DNA from: Vulcanimicrobiota bacterium
Lineage (GTDB): Bacteria > Vulcanimicrobiota > Vulcanimicrobiia > Eremiobacterales > Eremiobacteraceae
Length of the DNA: 64,000 nt
Reading direction: 5' to 3'
Assembly (NCBI GenBank): GCA_963805945.1
Contig: CAWDVP010000006.1
Location: 160,001-224,000, forward strand
Numbering within the stretch: position 1 is the first letter of the stretch; each line of letters opens with the position of its first letter. A program made the position numbers and the translations under genes. Below, piece by piece: positions 47,954 to 58,758 of this stretch. The notes under the pieces were generated by a model. That model was not told where the DNA came from, searched no databases, and saw only the letters and a program-made list of their open reading frames with translations.

Positions 47954-48310
47954 TCAGGTGGTGAGCAGCTCCAGCTGCGCCATCTCCGCCGCGTCGCCCT
48001 TGCGGATGCGCGTCCGGATGATGCGCGTGTAGCCGCCGTGCCGGCCCGCCAAGCTCGGCGCGATCTGATCGACCAGCTTCTTGGCGACCGCCTCGTCGGT
48101 GACGTAGGCGGACACCGCCCGGCGGCTCGCCAGGTCGGCCTTCTTGGCGCGCGTGATGAGCCGCGATGCGACCTTCGAGGTCTCCTTGGCGCGCACGACG
48201 GTAGTCTCGATCTTGCCGTGCGTGAAGAGCGAGGTGACCAGGTTGCGCAGCATGGCGCGGCGATGGTCGTCGTTGCGGCCGAGCCGCTTGTCCGCTTTCT
48301 TGTGACGCAT
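47954..48310 (-). CDS. rplQ: 50S ribosomal protein L17
   Basis: MRH…LGR…R.AMLRNL, GGYTRI, RKGDAAEMA. Confidence 0.98.
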   Translation of the reverse strand: MRHKKADKRLGRNDDHRRAMLRNLVTSLFTHGKIETTVVRAKETSKVASRLITRAKKADLASRRAVSAYVTDEAVAKKLVDQIAPSLAGRHGGYTRIIRTRIRKGDAAEMAQLELLTT

Positions 48311-48321
48311 GGTGCTCCCCG

Positions 48322-49257
48322 TCAGCTCGCCTTGAGCGACAGATTGCGCTCGGTCAGCTTCTCTTTGATCTCGTCCACCGACTTCTTGCCGAGATTGCGC
48401 ATGTTCATGATCTCGTCTTCGGTCTTCTGGAGGAGTTCGGAGATGCGGCTGATGCCCGCGCGCTTGAGACAGTTATACGAACGCACCGACAGGTCGAGCT
48501 CGTCGACCGGGATATCCCAATCGGCGAACGGCGCGGCCTCTTCGACCGTCGTCTCGACTTCCGGCCGGCCGCTGAAGCCCACGAACAGCGCGAGCTGATC
48601 GGAGAGCACGCGCGCCGCGGTGGCGAGCGCCTCGTCCGGCGTGATGCTGCCGTTCGTCTCGACCTCCATGATGAGGCGGTCGTAGTCGGTCACCTGGCCG
48701 ACGCGGGTGTCCTCGATCGAGTAGTTCACCTTGCGGATGGGCGTGAAGATCGAGTCCACCGGGATGAGCCCGATGACGTGCTCGACGTTGCGCTGCTTGT
48801 CCGCGGTGACGTAGCCGCGCCACTTCTCGACGCCGATCTCCATGAAGAGCCGCGCCTTCTTGTCCGAGAGCGTCGCGATGTGGTACGACGGGTCGAGCAG
48901 TTCGATGTCGGCATCCGGCACGATGTCGGCCGCCGTCACTTCACGCTCGCCCGAGGCCTCGATGCGCAGCACCTTCGGCTCGTCGGTCAGCATCTTCAAG
49001 GGCAGGCCCTTGAGGTTGAGGATGATGTGCGTCGTGTCCTCGACCACGCCTGGGATGGTGGAGAACTCGTGCAGCACGCCGTCGATCTTGACGTACGTGA
49101 CCGCCGCGCCCGGCAGCGACGACAGCAGCAGGCGACGGATCGCGTTGCCCAGCGTGATGCCGAAGCCGCGCTCGAGCGGCTCGATGATGAATTTGGCGTA
49201 CGAGTCGCCGCGCTCGCGGACCTCGATGGACGCCTTTTGGAATTCCAGAACTGACAT
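48322..49257 (-). CDS. rpoA: RNA polymerase alpha subunit
   Basis: [48 protein letters not shown]. Confidence 0.99.
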   Translation of the reverse strand: MSVLEFQKASIEVRERGDSYAKFIIEPLERGFGITLGNAIRRLLLSSLPGAAVTYVKIDGVLHEFSTIPGVVEDTTHIILNLKGLPLKMLTDEPKVLRIEASGEREVTAADIVPDADIELLDPSYHIATLSDKKARLFMEIGVEKWRGYVTADKQRNVEHVIGLIPVDSIFTPIRKVNYSIEDTRVGQVTDYDRLIMEVETNGSITPDEALATAARVLSDQLALFVGFSGRPEVETTVEEAAPFADWDIPVDELDLSVRSYNCLKRAGISRISELLQKTEDEIMNMRNLGKKSVDEIKEKLTERNLSLKAS

Positions 49258-49302
49258 ATCTTCGTGTTTCCCCTCCGGTCGAAGGACCGGTCCTTTATGA
49301 TG

Positions 49303-49962
49303 TTATCGCGAGTAGTATTCGACGATGAGCTGCTCTTCGACGTTCGTGTCGATGTCCGCACGCGTCGGGCGCTGCAGCACCTTCGCCTTCATGTTGGTTT
49401 CGTCGTACTCGAGCCAGGTCGGCACGCGCCGGCCCTTGGCGTATTGCTCGAGCCCTTGGAACAGCGTCGACTTGCGGCTCGCCTCGACCACGCCGATCTC
49501 GTCGCCCGGCCGGACCTGCATGGACGGGATGTTCACCCGCCGGCCGTTGAGCGTGAAGTGGCGATGGCGCACGAGTTGGCGCGCCTGCGCGCGCGACGTC
49601 GCGATGTTGAGCCGGTAGACGACGTTGTCCAGTCTCGTCTCGAGCTGCGTCAGCAGCGCGGCGCCGGTCTGGCCTTTGCTCGCGCTCGCCTTCTTGAAGT
49701 AGCCCTCGAACTGCCGCTCGAGCACGCCGTAGATGCGCCGCATCTTCTGCTTCTCGCGCAGCTGACGGCCGAACTCCGACACTTTGGGGCGGTTCTTCGT
49801 CTGCGCCTTCTGCCCGGGCGCCGCGGTGCGGCGCTCGACGGCGCATTTCTTGCTGAGGCAACGCTCGCCTTTGAGGAAGAGCTTCACCTTTTCGCCCGGC
49901 TTCGTGCCGCTGGCGCTTTCGCGCCGGCAGAGACGGCAGACGGGTCCGGTATGACGAGCCAT
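49303..49962 (-). CDS. rpsD: 30S ribosomal protein S4 (Zn-binding type)
   Basis: [40 protein letters not shown]. Confidence 0.98.
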   Translation of the reverse strand: MARHTGPVCRLCRRESASGTKPGEKVKLFLKGERCLSKKCAVERRTAAPGQKAQTKNRPKVSEFGRQLREKQKMRRIYGVLERQFEGYFKKASASKGQTGAALLTQLETRLDNVVYRLNIATSRAQARQLVRHRHFTLNGRRVNIPSMQVRPGDEIGVVEASRKSTLFQGLEQYAKGRRVPTWLEYDETNMKAKVLQRPTRADIDTNVEEQLIVEYYSR

Positions 49963-50001
49963 ATTACTTCTTCATTCCTTCACGTTTTCCTTAGGGTATC
50001 G

Positions 50002-50403
50002 CTAGACGCGACGCCGCTTGGGCGGGCGGCAGCCGTTGTGGGGGATCGGGGTGACGTCTTTGATGAGCACGACCTCGAGGCCGGCCGCCTGCAGCGCCCG
50101 GATGGCGGCCTCGCGGCCGGCGCCCGGACCCTTGACGTGGACCTCGACCTGCTTCATGCCGTGCTCCATCGACTTGCGCGCGGCGCTCTCGGCCGCGAGC
50201 TGCGCCGCGAACGGCGTCGACTTCTTGCTGCCGGCGAAGCCCATGCCGCCGGCGCTCGCCCACGCGAGGGCGGCGCCCTGCATGTCGGTGATGGTCACGA
50301 GCGTGTTGTTGAAGCTCGCGTGGATGCGCGCGATCCCCTGGGAGACGTGTTTCGTCTCCTTCTTCTTGGTGCGACGCGCTCGTTTCGGTTTCGGTTCTGC
50401 CAT
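50002..50403 (-). CDS. rpsK: 30S ribosomal protein S11
   Basis: [32 protein letters not shown]. Confidence 0.99.
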   Translation of the reverse strand: MAEPKPKRARRTKKKETKHVSQGIARIHASFNNTLVTITDMQGAALAWASAGGMGFAGSKKSTPFAAQLAAESAARKSMEHGMKQVEVHVKGPGAGREAAIRALQAAGLEVVLIKDVTPIPHNGCRPPKRRRV

Positions 50404-50429
50404 TGTGTTCCTTTACGTTCCGTGGTGGT

Positions 50430-50470
50430 GGGCCGATCTGAAGATCGGCCCCTACAAGGTCGGCCCCTAC
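50430..50470 (-). repeat. GTAG-type REP plus a half copy between rpsM and rpsK
   Basis: Minus strand GTAGGGGCCGACCTT followed by GTAGGGGCCGATCTTCAGATCGGCCC; same family as 41975-42037. Confidence 0.8.
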
Positions 50471-50471
50471 A

Positions 50472-50864
50472 TTACTTGCCGATCCCTGGACCCTTGCTCT
50501 TCTTCTTGCCGGCGACGGTCTTGCGCGGACCCTTGCGGCTGCGCGCGTTCGTCCGCGTGCGCTGTCCGCGCACCGGCAGACCGCGGCGATGCCGCACGCC
50601 GCGATAGCTGCCGATGTCCACCAGCCGCTTGATCGCGCCCGAGATCTCCCGCCGCAGGTCGCCCTCGACCTTGAGGTTCTTCTCGATCTGCTCGCGCAGC
50701 CGTTGGATATCGTCGTCGGTCAGGTTCTTGACCCGCGTGTCCGGATTCACCCGCGTCTGCGCGAGCAGCTTCACGGCGGTCGGCCGGCCGATCCCATAGA
50801 TATACGTCAGCGCGATCTCGATGCGCTTCTCACGCGGCAGGTCGATGCCAGCGATTCGTGCCAT
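50472..50864 (-). CDS. rpsM: 30S ribosomal protein S13
   Basis: [35 protein letters not shown]. Confidence 0.99.
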   Translation of the reverse strand: MARIAGIDLPREKRIEIALTYIYGIGRPTAVKLLAQTRVNPDTRVKNLTDDDIQRLREQIEKNLKVEGDLRREISGAIKRLVDIGSYRGVRHRRGLPVRGQRTRTNARSRKGPRKTVAGKKKSKGPGIGK

Positions 50865-50874
50865 GCTTAACTCC

Positions 50875-50988
50875 TCACCCCTGCGCCTGTTTGTGCTTGG
50901 GGTTCTCGCAGATCACCCGGATGCGGCCGCCCCGCTTGATGATCTTGCATTTGTCGCAAATCTTCTTGACGCTCGGTCTGACTTTCAT
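50875..50988 (-). CDS. rpmJ: 50S ribosomal protein L36
   Basis: Hand-translated [37 protein letters not shown] (shorter than any ORF in the track). Confidence 0.97.
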   Translation of the reverse strand: MKVRPSVKKICDKCKIIKRGGRIRVICENPKHKQAQG

Positions 50989-50995
50989 TCGTCCC

Positions 50996-51289
50996 TCATT
51001 TGTAACGGTATGTGATCCGGCCTTGGCTCAGATCGTAGGGTGACAGCTCCACCAGCACCCGGTCGCCCGGCAGGATCCGGATGAAGTTCATCCTGATCTT
51101 GCCCGACACGCGCGCGAGCACTTTGTGGCCATTGCTCAGCTCCACGCGGAAGAACGCGTTCGGCAGCGGCTCCACCACGACGCCTTCGACTTCGATCGCC
51201 TCTTCTTTCGGCGATGGGTTCTTCTCCGGCTTCGGGGGCTTCTTCTTAGCCGAATGCCGCTGCATTCCGCCGCGTCTGCGTCGCGCCAA
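50996..51289 (-). CDS. infA: Translation initiation factor IF-1 with a basic N-terminal extension
   Basis: [52 protein letters not shown] before TTG 51289. Confidence 0.95.
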   Translation of the reverse strand: MARRRRGGMQRHSAKKKPPKPEKNPSPKEEAIEVEGVVVEPLPNAFFRVELSNGHKVLARVSGKIRMNFIRILPGDRVLVELSPYDLSQGRITYRYK

Positions 51290-52085
51290 GCATACCTCCG
51301 TTCGCCACGCGCCGTTCGAGTTCAGCCCGTTCGGCTTCGTCGACGACAGTCAGGATCTCATAGCCCTCCGGCCGCACCGCGACCGTGTGCTCGAAGTGCG
51401 CGGATAGCGTGCCGTCCGCGGTGACCACGGTCCAGTGATCTTCGAGCGTGCGCACGTCGGGCTTGCCTGCGTTGACCATCGGCTCGATGGCCAGCACCAT
51501 GCCTGGCTTGAGCACCGCGCCCATGCCCTTGCGTCCGAAGTTCGGCACGGCCGGATCTTCGTGCAGGTGTCTGCCCACGCCGTGCCCCACGAGCGCGCGC
51601 ACCACGGAGTAGCCGTTGCTCTCGACGTAGGTCTGCACCGCGTTGCCGATGTCCGACACGTGCGCGCCCGCGTGCATCGCGCCGATGCCGATGTACAGCG
51701 CCTCTTCGGTCACCGTCATGAGCTTGCGTGCCGCCGCAGACACGTCGCCGACCGCGACCGTGCACGCCATGTCCGAGTACCAGCCGTCCACCACCGCGCC
51801 GATGTCGATCTTGAGCAGATCGCCCTCGCGCAGCGCCCTGTCGCCCGGGATGCCGTGCACGACCTGTTCGTTGATGGACGAGCAGATAGAACCGGCGAAA
51901 CCGTTGTAGCCGAGGAAAGCCGGCACGCCGCCGAGCTCCCGGATGAGCCGGTCCGCGAGCGCGTCGATCTCCTTGGTGGTCGCGCCCGGACGCACCGCGC
52001 GGCGGACTTCCGCGAGCGCGCTCGCGTTGACCCGGCCGCTCTCGCGCATCTTCTGCAGCTCGCGCTCGCTCTTGCAGCTGATCAC
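51246..52085 (-). CDS. map: Methionine aminopeptidase type I
   Basis: C.SINE.VVHGIP, IDIG, GHGVG..LHEDP, AIEPM, SAHFEHT. Confidence 0.97.
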   Translation of the reverse strand: MISCKSERELQKMRESGRVNASALAEVRRAVRPGATTKEIDALADRLIRELGGVPAFLGYNGFAGSICSSINEQVVHGIPGDRALREGDLLKIDIGAVVDGWYSDMACTVAVGDVSAAARKLMTVTEEALYIGIGAMHAGAHVSDIGNAVQTYVESNGYSVVRALVGHGVGRHLHEDPAVPNFGRKGMGAVLKPGMVLAIEPMVNAGKPDVRTLEDHWTVVTADGTLSAHFEHTVAVRPEGYEILTVVDEAERAELERRVANGGMLGATQTRRNAAAFG

Positions 52086-52762
52086 TTCGTCTGCACCTTG
52101 ACCTCGCCGCGCGCCGCCGCCACGATCTCCTCGTGGACGACGTCGACCGGCTGCGTCCCCAGCACGCGATGCAGCACGCCCTTCTTCTCGTAGAACGCGA
52201 TGAGCGGACGCGTCGAGCGGTGGTACACGTCCAAGCGGTTGGCCACCGTCCTCTCGCTGTCGTCCTCGCGCTGGATGAGCGCATGACCGCAGCGATCGCA
52301 CACGCCCGTCTTCTTGGGCGGAGCGAATTCCATGTGATAGTTCGCACCGCAGTTCGGACAGACGCGCCTGCCGGTGAGCCGGCGCAGCAGCTCCTCGCGC
52401 GGCACGGTGAGCTTCACCACCGCGTCGAGATGCTGGCCGAGCCGCAACAGCAGCGCGTCGAGCGCTTCCGCTTGCGCGGGCGTCCGCGGGAATCCGTCGA
52501 GGATCCAGCCGCGCGCCACGTCGGGCTGCTGGAGGCGTTCCTCCACCAGGGCGATGGTGACGTCGTCCGGCACGAGCTCGCCCTTGTCCATGTACGACGC
52601 GGCGATGATGCCCATCGGGGTGCCCGCTTTTTTGGCCGCGCGGAACATGTCGCCGGTCGCGATGTGCGGCACTCCGTACGTCGCGATCAGCAATTCGGCT
52701 TGGGTGCCTTTGCCTGCGCCCGGTGCTCCGATCAGCAGCAGGCGGAAACCGTCCGTGCTCAC
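52082..52762 (-). CDS. adk: Adenylate kinase (Zn-lid type)
   Basis: GAPGAGKGTQ, TGDMFR, GELVPD, LDGFPRT, CPNC…CDRC, QREDD. Confidence 0.97.
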   Translation of the reverse strand: MSTDGFRLLLIGAPGAGKGTQAELLIATYGVPHIATGDMFRAAKKAGTPMGIIAASYMDKGELVPDDVTIALVEERLQQPDVARGWILDGFPRTPAQAEALDALLLRLGQHLDAVVKLTVPREELLRRLTGRRVCPNCGANYHMEFAPPKKTGVCDRCGHALIQREDDSERTVANRLDVYHRSTRPLIAFYEKKGVLHRVLGTQPVDVVHEEIVAAARGEVKVQTK

Positions 52763-54054
52763 TGCTTTATGAACCCCTTGTAGTCGCGCATCGCCAAGCG
52801 TGCTTCGAGCTGCGTCATCGTGTCGAGCGCCACGCCGACGACGATCAGCAGCGACGTGCTGCCCAAGAAGATCGTCGTGATGTGCGTGACCGCCTGGCTC
52901 ACGTTGGGCAGGATCGCCAGCACGCCGAGGTAGAGCGCGGCCACCAGCGTGATGCGATGCAGGATCTTCTGCAGATAGTCCGTGGTCGGCTTGCCGGGCC
53001 GGATGCCCGGGATGAAACCGCCTTGCTTCTTGAGCGAGTCGCCGATGTCCATGATGTTGATGACGACTTCGCTGTAGAAGAACGTGAAGCCGACCACCAG
53101 CAAGAAGTACACCAGGTTGTAGAGGAAGCTGCCGTAGTTGAAATACAGGCTCATGAAACGGTTGAAGCCTTCGGCGAGCGGCGTGTGGTACTGATTCGCC
53201 CAGGCCGCGATCTGCTGCGGCAGCAGCAGGATCGAGATCGCGAAGATGATCGAGATGACGCCGGCGTTGTTGAGGCGCAGCGGGATGTAAGTGCTGCGCC
53301 CGCCGTAGACCTTGCGGCCCACCACGCGCTTGGCGTACTGCACCGGCACGCGGCGCTGGCCCTGATACATGAAGACGATCGAGATGAGCGAGAGCAGGGC
53401 GATGCCCACGAAGATGCCCAGGCCGAGCCAGTTGAGGCCGCCGGCGGCGCCGAGCGAGATCGTCTCTTTGAAGTAGGTCGGGTAGCGCAGGATGATGCCG
53501 ACGAAGATGATGAGCGAGACGCCGTTGCCGACGCCCTTGTCGGTGATCTGCTCGCCCAGCCACATGAGCCAGACCGTGCCGGCGGTGAGGACGAGGACGA
53601 CCGCGACGAGATAGAACGCGTCCGTGCGCTCGAAGACCTGCTGCCGGTTCAACGCGATCACCATGGTCGTCGCCTGGATGAGGGCGAGCACGACCGTCAG
53701 CCAGCGCGTCCATAGACCGACGCGCTTGCGGCCTTCCTCGCCGCCGTGCTGCATCAGCTCTTTGACCTCGGGGAACACCACCGTCGCTAGCTGCATGATG
53801 ATGCTCGCGTTGATGTAGGGCGTGATGCCCATCGCGATCACCGAGAAGTGCTGCAGCGCGCCACCCGACAGGAAGCCGAGGAAGTTCAAGAACTGGCCTT
53901 GGTTGAGGATCTGCTGCCACTTGGTGATGTCGACGTACGGCACGGGCACGTAGACCGCCATGACGAACAGGGCGAACGCGCCGAATACGAAGAGCAGCCG
54001 GTTGCGGAGCTCCGGTACGACGAGCGCGTTGGCCAGGTTACGCCACATCAACAT
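52759..54054 (-). CDS. secY: Preprotein translocase subunit SecY
   Basis: GITPYINASII, WLGEQIT.KG.GNG.S, FIPGIRPG, TSLLIVVGV. Confidence 0.99.
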   Translation of the reverse strand: MLMWRNLANALVVPELRNRLLFVFGAFALFVMAVYVPVPYVDITKWQQILNQGQFLNFLGFLSGGALQHFSVIAMGITPYINASIIMQLATVVFPEVKELMQHGGEEGRKRVGLWTRWLTVVLALIQATTMVIALNRQQVFERTDAFYLVAVVLVLTAGTVWLMWLGEQITDKGVGNGVSLIIFVGIILRYPTYFKETISLGAAGGLNWLGLGIFVGIALLSLISIVFMYQGQRRVPVQYAKRVVGRKVYGGRSTYIPLRLNNAGVISIIFAISILLLPQQIAAWANQYHTPLAEGFNRFMSLYFNYGSFLYNLVYFLLVVGFTFFYSEVVINIMDIGDSLKKQGGFIPGIRPGKPTTDYLQKILHRITLVAALYLGVLAILPNVSQAVTHITTIFLGSTSLLIVVGVALDTMTQLEARLAMRDYKGFIKQ

Positions 54055-54061
54055 CGGGTCG

Positions 54062-54520
54062 TCAGTCCTCGAACACCGCGCCGGCGGCTTCGAGCTTGGC
54101 CCGAGCCGGGGTGGAGAACACGACGTCGCGGAAACGCAGACCCTTGGGCGCGTCGCCCGTGCCGAGGATCTTGACGCCGTCGCGCTGCTTGACCACGAGG
54201 CCGGCCGCGTGCAGCGCCTCGGGATTGACTTCGACCTTCGGATCCCAGTCGGCGAGATGCGCGATGTTGAGCACCGAGTACTCGGTGCGGAAGATCACCG
54301 TCGAGCGCGCCTTTTGCGACACGCCTTTGCGCTGCGGCAGGCGACGGAACCACGGCGTCTGGCCGCCCTCGAACGTGCGGCCCTTGCCGCCGCCGCTGCG
54401 CGCCGTCTGGCCCTTGCCGCCCTTGCCGGACGTCTTGACCATGCCGCTGCCATGGCCGCGCCCGACGCGCGTCCGCTTCTGCTTGCTGCCCGGGGCGGGC
54501 TTAAGATGCGACAGGTTCAC
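54062..54520 (-). CDS. rplO: 50S ribosomal protein L15
   Basis: RVGRG.GSG..KT.G.G.KGQ.AR, FEGGQTP. Confidence 0.98.
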   Translation of the reverse strand: MNLSHLKPAPGSKQKRTRVGRGHGSGMVKTSGKGGKGQTARSGGGKGRTFEGGQTPWFRRLPQRKGVSQKARSTVIFRTEYSVLNIAHLADWDPKVEVNPEALHAAGLVVKQRDGVKILGTGDAPKGLRFRDVVFSTPARAKLEAAGAVFED

Positions 54521-55028
54521 TCTCGACCTCCCGTCCGAAGAGCTCCGCGAGCGTCTTGCCGCGCTGTTTGGCCACTTGTTCCGCAGTGCGCAGCCGCTTG
54601 AGGCCGTCCACGGTCGCCATGATCACGTTGATCGGGTTGTTGGTGCCCAGGGATTTCGTGAGGATGTCGTGCACGCCGGCGAGCTCGAGCACGGCGCGCA
54701 TGGCGCCGCCCGCGATGACGCCGGTGCCCTTGCTGGCGGGCTTCATCATCACTTTGCCCGCGCCGACATGGGCTTCGATGGGATGCGGGATGGTGCGCCC
54801 GACCATCGGCACGGTGATGAGCGCGCGCCGCGCCGCTTCGACGCCCTTGCGGATCGCCTCTGGGACTTCGCGCGCTTTGCCAAGCCCGTACCCCACGCGC
54901 CCTTGCCGATCGCCGACGACGACGAGCGCGCTGAAGCTGAAGCGCTTGCCGCCTTTGACGACCTTGGCCACGCGGTTGACCCGGACGACTTGCTCTTCGA
55001 GTCCCGAACCGTCAGAAATTCGTGCCAC
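54501..55028 (-). CDS. rpsE: 30S ribosomal protein S5
   Basis: [33 protein letters not shown]. Confidence 0.98.
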   Translation of the reverse strand: MARISDGSGLEEQVVRVNRVAKVVKGGKRFSFSALVVVGDRQGRVGYGLGKAREVPEAIRKGVEAARRALITVPMVGRTIPHPIEAHVGAGKVMMKPASKGTGVIAGGAMRAVLELAGVHDILTKSLGTNNPINVIMATVDGLKRLRTAEQVAKQRGKTLAELFGREVESEPVAS

Positions 55029-55031
55029 TAT

Positions 55032-55400
55032 CTAAAACTCCAAACCGGCGCTGCGCGCAGCGTCCGCCAGCGCTTTGATGCGCCCGTGGTACTTATAGCC
55101 GCCGCGATCGAACACGACCGCTGCGATGCCCTTCTCCTTGGCGCGCTGCGCCACGACCGTGCCGACGCGCTCGGCCGCCGGAGCGCCCGAGAGCGATTTC
55201 AGACCCGCCGCGACGTCTTTTTCGCGGGTCGACGCGGCGACGATCGTGTGTCCCGTCGCATCGTCGATGACCTGCGCGTAGAGATGATGCAGGCTGCGGA
55301 AGACGGAGAGCCGAGGCCGCTGCGCGGTCCCGTTGAGGCGCTTGCGCACCCGGCCGTGCCGGCGCACGCGCAGCGCGTTACGGCTTTTGATGGTCGCCAT
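55032..55400 (-). CDS. rplR: 50S ribosomal protein L18
   Basis: [26 protein letters not shown]. Confidence 0.98.
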   Translation of the reverse strand: MATIKSRNALRVRRHGRVRKRLNGTAQRPRLSVFRSLHHLYAQVIDDATGHTIVAASTREKDVAAGLKSLSGAPAAERVGTVVAQRAKEKGIAAVVFDRGGYKYHGRIKALADAARSAGLEF

Positions 55401-55402
55401 GT

Positions 55403-55966
55403 CTACTTCTTACCTCCGGCGCCGCCGGCTGCCTTACCGGCCTTGCCGAGTTTCCTGCGCACGCGCTCGCCCTCGTAGCGGATGCCCTTGCCCTTGTACG
55501 GCTCGGGCGGCCGCACGCTGCGGATCTGCGCCGCCAGCTGGCCGACCTGCTGTTTGTCGGCGCCGCTGATGATGATCTTGTTCGTGCCCTCCACCTTGAT
55601 GTCGATGCCCGCCGGCGGTTCGATGACCACCGGATGCGAGTAGCCGACCGCAAGGTTGAGGGTCTTGCCCTGCGCCTGCGCGCGATAGCCGACGCCGACG
55701 ATGTCGAGCGTCTTCGAGAAGCCGTTCGTCACGCCGAGCACCATGTTGGCGATAAGCGTGCGTGTGAGGCCGTGCAGCTGCTTGTTGCGCTTCGCGTCGT
55801 CCGGGCGCGACACGGAGAGCGTGCCGTCCTCGAGCTTGACCGAGATCGGCTCAGCGCAGTGCAGCGTCAACTCGCCCTTGGGGCCCTTGACGGTCACGAT
55901 GCGTTCCTTGACGCCGACGTTGACGCCGGCCGGCACGCTGATGGGCATCCGCCCGATTCTACTCAT
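55403..55966 (-). CDS. rplF: 50S ribosomal protein L6
   Basis: [29 protein letters not shown]. Confidence 0.99.
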   Translation of the reverse strand: MSRIGRMPISVPAGVNVGVKERIVTVKGPKGELTLHCAEPISVKLEDGTLSVSRPDDAKRNKQLHGLTRTLIANMVLGVTNGFSKTLDIVGVGYRAQAQGKTLNLAVGYSHPVVIEPPAGIDIKVEGTNKIIISGADKQQVGQLAAQIRSVRPPEPYKGKGIRYEGERVRRKLGKAGKAAGGAGGKK

Positions 55967-55976
55967 CGTCGTTCCC

Positions 55977-56378
55977 TTACCACACGAACGCCATGACTTC
56001 GCCGCCGGTGCCCATCCGCTTGGCCTGCTTGCCGCTGATGATGCCCTTCGGCGTCGACAGGATGACCAGGCCCAAGCCGCCCATGCATTTGGGGATCTCG
56101 CCTTTGGGCGTGTAGATGCGCAGCCCCGGGCGGCTGATGCGCTTGAGGCCGTTGATCACGCGCTCTTTGCCCGTGCCGTACTTGAGCGTGAGCCGGATCG
56201 TGTCGCGCGGTTGCTGCGGCACGACGTCGTAGCTCTTGATGAAGCCCTCAGCCTTGAGCAGCTTCGCCAACTCGAGTTTCACGCGCGATGCCGGGATGTC
56301 GACGCGCTCCAGGAACGCGGTGTTCGCGTTGCGGATGCGCGTGAGCATATCGGCGACCGGATCGGTTATCGTTCCCAT
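55977..56378 (-). CDS. rpsH: 30S ribosomal protein S8
   Basis: [30 protein letters not shown]. Confidence 0.98.
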   Translation of the reverse strand: MGTITDPVADMLTRIRNANTAFLERVDIPASRVKLELAKLLKAEGFIKSYDVVPQQPRDTIRLTLKYGTGKERVINGLKRISRPGLRIYTPKGEIPKCMGGLGLVILSTPKGIISGKQAKRMGTGGEVMAFVW

Positions 56379-56399
56379 ATCCCTCTGTCAGTCCTCAAC

Positions 56400-56585
56400 T
56401 CACCAGGACGCCTTGACGACGCCCGGAACTTTGCCCGCGTGGGCCAACTCGCGGAAGCAGATGCGGCACAACGCGAACTTGCGCACGTAGCCCTTCGGGC
56501 GGCCGCAGCGCAGGCAGCGGTTGTGCTGGCGCACCTTGAACTTCGGCGTGCGCTTGCTCTTCTCGATCAGGCAGGTCTTGGCCAT
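56400..56585 (-). CDS. rpsZ: 30S ribosomal protein S14 type Z
   Basis: 61 aa, RCLRCGRP…[15 protein letters not shown]. Confidence 0.97.
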   Translation of the reverse strand: MAKTCLIEKSKRTPKFKVRQHNRCLRCGRPKGYVRKFALCRICFRELAHAGKVPGVVKASW

Positions 56586-57139
56586 CAGGCTGCCGCCCCT
56601 TCTTTGCGCAACGGCATCCCCATCTCGGTGAGGAACGCCAGTGCCTCTTCGTCGGTGCCGGCGGTCGTCACGATGACGATGTCCATGCCGCGCACGCGAT
56701 CGACCTTGTCGTAGTTGATCTCCGGGAACACGAGCTGCTCCTTGAGCCCGATCGCGTAGTTGCCGCGACCGTCGAGCGAATGCCGCGAAGTGCCGCGGAA
56801 ATCGCGGATGCGCGGCAGCACGATGTTGACGAGCTTGTCGAAGAACGCGTACATGCGCTCGCCGCGCAGCGTCACCTTCGCGCCGATCTGCATGCCCTCG
56901 CGCAGCTTGTAGACGGCGATGCTCTTCGTCGCGCGCGTCACCAGCGGCTTCTGCCCGGTGATCGCGGTGAGATCGGAGACCGCGCCGTCCATGGCCTTCG
57001 GCTCCGCCACGGCTTCGCCGACGCCCATGTTCACGACGATCTTCGTGAGGCGCGGGACCTGCATCGGATTCTTGTAGCCGAAACGCTTGGTGAGCGCCGG
57101 CATCACCGACTTCTCGTACTTCTCTCTCATTCGATTCAT
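56585..57139 (-). CDS. rplE: 50S ribosomal protein L5
   Basis: [34 protein letters not shown]. Confidence 0.98.
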   Translation of the reverse strand: MNRMREKYEKSVMPALTKRFGYKNPMQVPRLTKIVVNMGVGEAVAEPKAMDGAVSDLTAITGQKPLVTRATKSIAVYKLREGMQIGAKVTLRGERMYAFFDKLVNIVLPRIRDFRGTSRHSLDGRGNYAIGLKEQLVFPEINYDKVDRVRGMDIVIVTTAGTDEEALAFLTEMGMPLRKEGAAA

Positions 57140-57147
57140 ATGTCTGT

Positions 57148-57471
57148 CTACGCTTTCACCGGACGATCGGCGTGCTCGCCGCAGCGCCGGCACGTGCGCT
57201 CCTTGCCCTCGCCCTTGGCCACCCGCGCGAGCTTGCTCGGCTTCTGGCACTTCGGGCAGACGTACATGAGACGGCTCACGGGCATCGGCATCTCTTTTTC
57301 GATGATGCCGGCCTTGGCCTTAGGCGTCGCCTTCGAGTGGCGCTTCACGACGTTGACGCCCTCGACTTCGGCCACGCCGAGGTGACGGCGGATCAGCTTG
57401 ATCTTGCCGTGCTTGCCTTTGTATTTGCCGGACAGCACCAGCACGGTGTCGCCGGTCGCGAGTCTGGTCAT
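57148..57471 (-). CDS. rplX: 50S ribosomal protein L24
   Basis: GDTV.V.SGK.KG (KOW), VEGVN..KRH, C-terminal CPKC…CRRC. Confidence 0.95.
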   Translation of the reverse strand: MTRLATGDTVLVLSGKYKGKHGKIKLIRRHLGVAEVEGVNVVKRHSKATPKAKAGIIEKEMPMPVSRLMYVCPKCQKPSKLARVAKGEGKERTCRRCGEHADRPVKA

Positions 57472-57478
57472 GCCCACG

Positions 57479-57847
57479 CTAGAGCACCTCCGGTGCGAGC
57501 GAGATGATCTTCATGAAGTCGCGGTCGCGCAGCTCGCGGGCCACCGGCCCGAAGATGCGCGTGCCGCGCGGATTGTTCTGGTCGTTGAGCAGCACCGCCG
57601 CGTTCTCGTCGAAGCGGATGAACGAGCCGTCGGGGCGGCGCATCTTCTTCTTCTGACGGACGATGACGGCCGAGACGACGTTGCCCTTCTTCACCGCGGC
57701 GCCGGGGATGGCGGCCTTCACCGTCGCGACGACCACGTCGCCGACGTACGCGATCGGGTGGCGCGAGCCGCCCTTCACGTGGAACACCATGAGCTCGCGG
57801 GCGCCCGAGTTGTCGGCGACCTTGAGGCGTGTCTGCGCCTGGATCAT
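57479..57847 (-). CDS. rplN: 50S ribosomal protein L14
   Basis: [34 protein letters not shown]. Confidence 0.99.
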   Translation of the reverse strand: MIQAQTRLKVADNSGARELMVFHVKGGSRHPIAYVGDVVVATVKAAIPGAAVKKGNVVSAVIVRQKKKMRRPDGSFIRFDENAAVLLNDQNNPRGTRIFGPVARELRDRDFMKIISLAPEVL

Positions 57848-58131
57848 CGCGCCTTCTCCACTATCTCGAGCAGCCGCCAGCGCTTGCGCGCCGACAGCGG
57901 CCGCGTCTCGACGATGCGCACGAGATCGCCGGTCTTGGCCTCGTTGTTCTCGTCATGCGCCATGAAGCGTTCGGTGCGCTGGACGATCTTGCCATAGCGC
58001 GCGTCCGCCGACTGCGTCTCCGTGCGGACCACGATGCTCTTCTGCATCTTGTCCGACACGACGCGGCCGATCCGGACCTTGCGCCTGTTGCGCGCGTCGA
58101 TGGCGGTCTGTGTCGCTGCGTTATCCATCAT
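57844..58131 (-). CDS. rpsQ: 30S ribosomal protein S17
   Basis: [24 protein letters not shown]. Confidence 0.97.
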   Translation of the reverse strand: MMDNAATQTAIDARNRRKVRIGRVVSDKMQKSIVVRTETQSADARYGKIVQRTERFMAHDENNEAKTGDLVRIVETRPLSARKRWRLLEIVEKAR

Positions 58132-58334
58132 CAACCCGCCAACCGCCGCTGCGCCAGGACGGTGTAGAGCTGCGCGATCTCGCGCCGCAATTTGCTCACC
58201 GTGGCATGGTCTTCCAGATGCCCGGTGACGAGCTGGAACCGTAGATTGAACATCTCTTCCTTCGTCGCGGCGAGCTTCTCTTCGATCTCCCGCGTGGTCA
58301 GTTCGCGCACGCCGCGCAGTTCGCTAGGCTTCAA
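58131..58334 (-). CDS. rpmC: 50S ribosomal protein L29
   Basis: [13 protein letters not shown]…RREIA…T; between rplP and rpsQ. Confidence 0.93.
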   Translation of the reverse strand: MKPSELRGVRELTTREIEEKLAATKEEMFNLRFQLVTGHLEDHATVSKLRREIAQLYTVLAQRRLAG

Positions 58335-58755
58335 CGGAGTCACCCACCCCTTCACGACGCACGAGCTTCGTGGCGATCGGCAGCTTGGAGGCGGCCAGCT
58401 TGAGCGCTTCTTTGGCCACCGCCAGCTCGACGCCGGCGAGCTCGAACATGATGCGGCCCGGACGCACGACCGCGACCCAACCCTCGGGCGCGCCCTTGCC
58501 GGAGCCTTGGCGCGTCTCCGCCGGCTTCTTCGTATACGACTTGTCGGGGAACAGCGTGATCCACACCTTGCCGCCGCGTTTCATGTGGCGGGTGAGCGCG
58601 ATGCGTGCCGCCTCGATCTGCCGATTCGTGATCCACGCCGGCTCGAGCGCCTGCAAGCCGTATTCGCCGAAATGCAGCGAATTGCCGGATTGCGCGCGAC
58701 CCTTCATGCGGCCGCGCTGCATCTTGCGATACTTGACGCGTTTTGGCATCAACAT
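58324..58755 (-). CDS. rplP: 50S ribosomal protein L16
   Basis: [26 protein letters not shown]. Confidence 0.98.
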   Translation of the reverse strand: MLMPKRVKYRKMQRGRMKGRAQSGNSLHFGEYGLQALEPAWITNRQIEAARIALTRHMKRGGKVWITLFPDKSYTKKPAETRQGSGKGAPEGWVAVVRPGRIMFELAGVELAVAKEALKLAASKLPIATKLVRREGVGDSVEA

Positions 58756-58758
58756 CGG

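Noticed and set aside
41972..50470. CRISPR array
   Set aside because: The palindromic repeats are 26-nt GTAG hairpins in inverted or dispersed arrangement, with no unique spacers and no cas genes.
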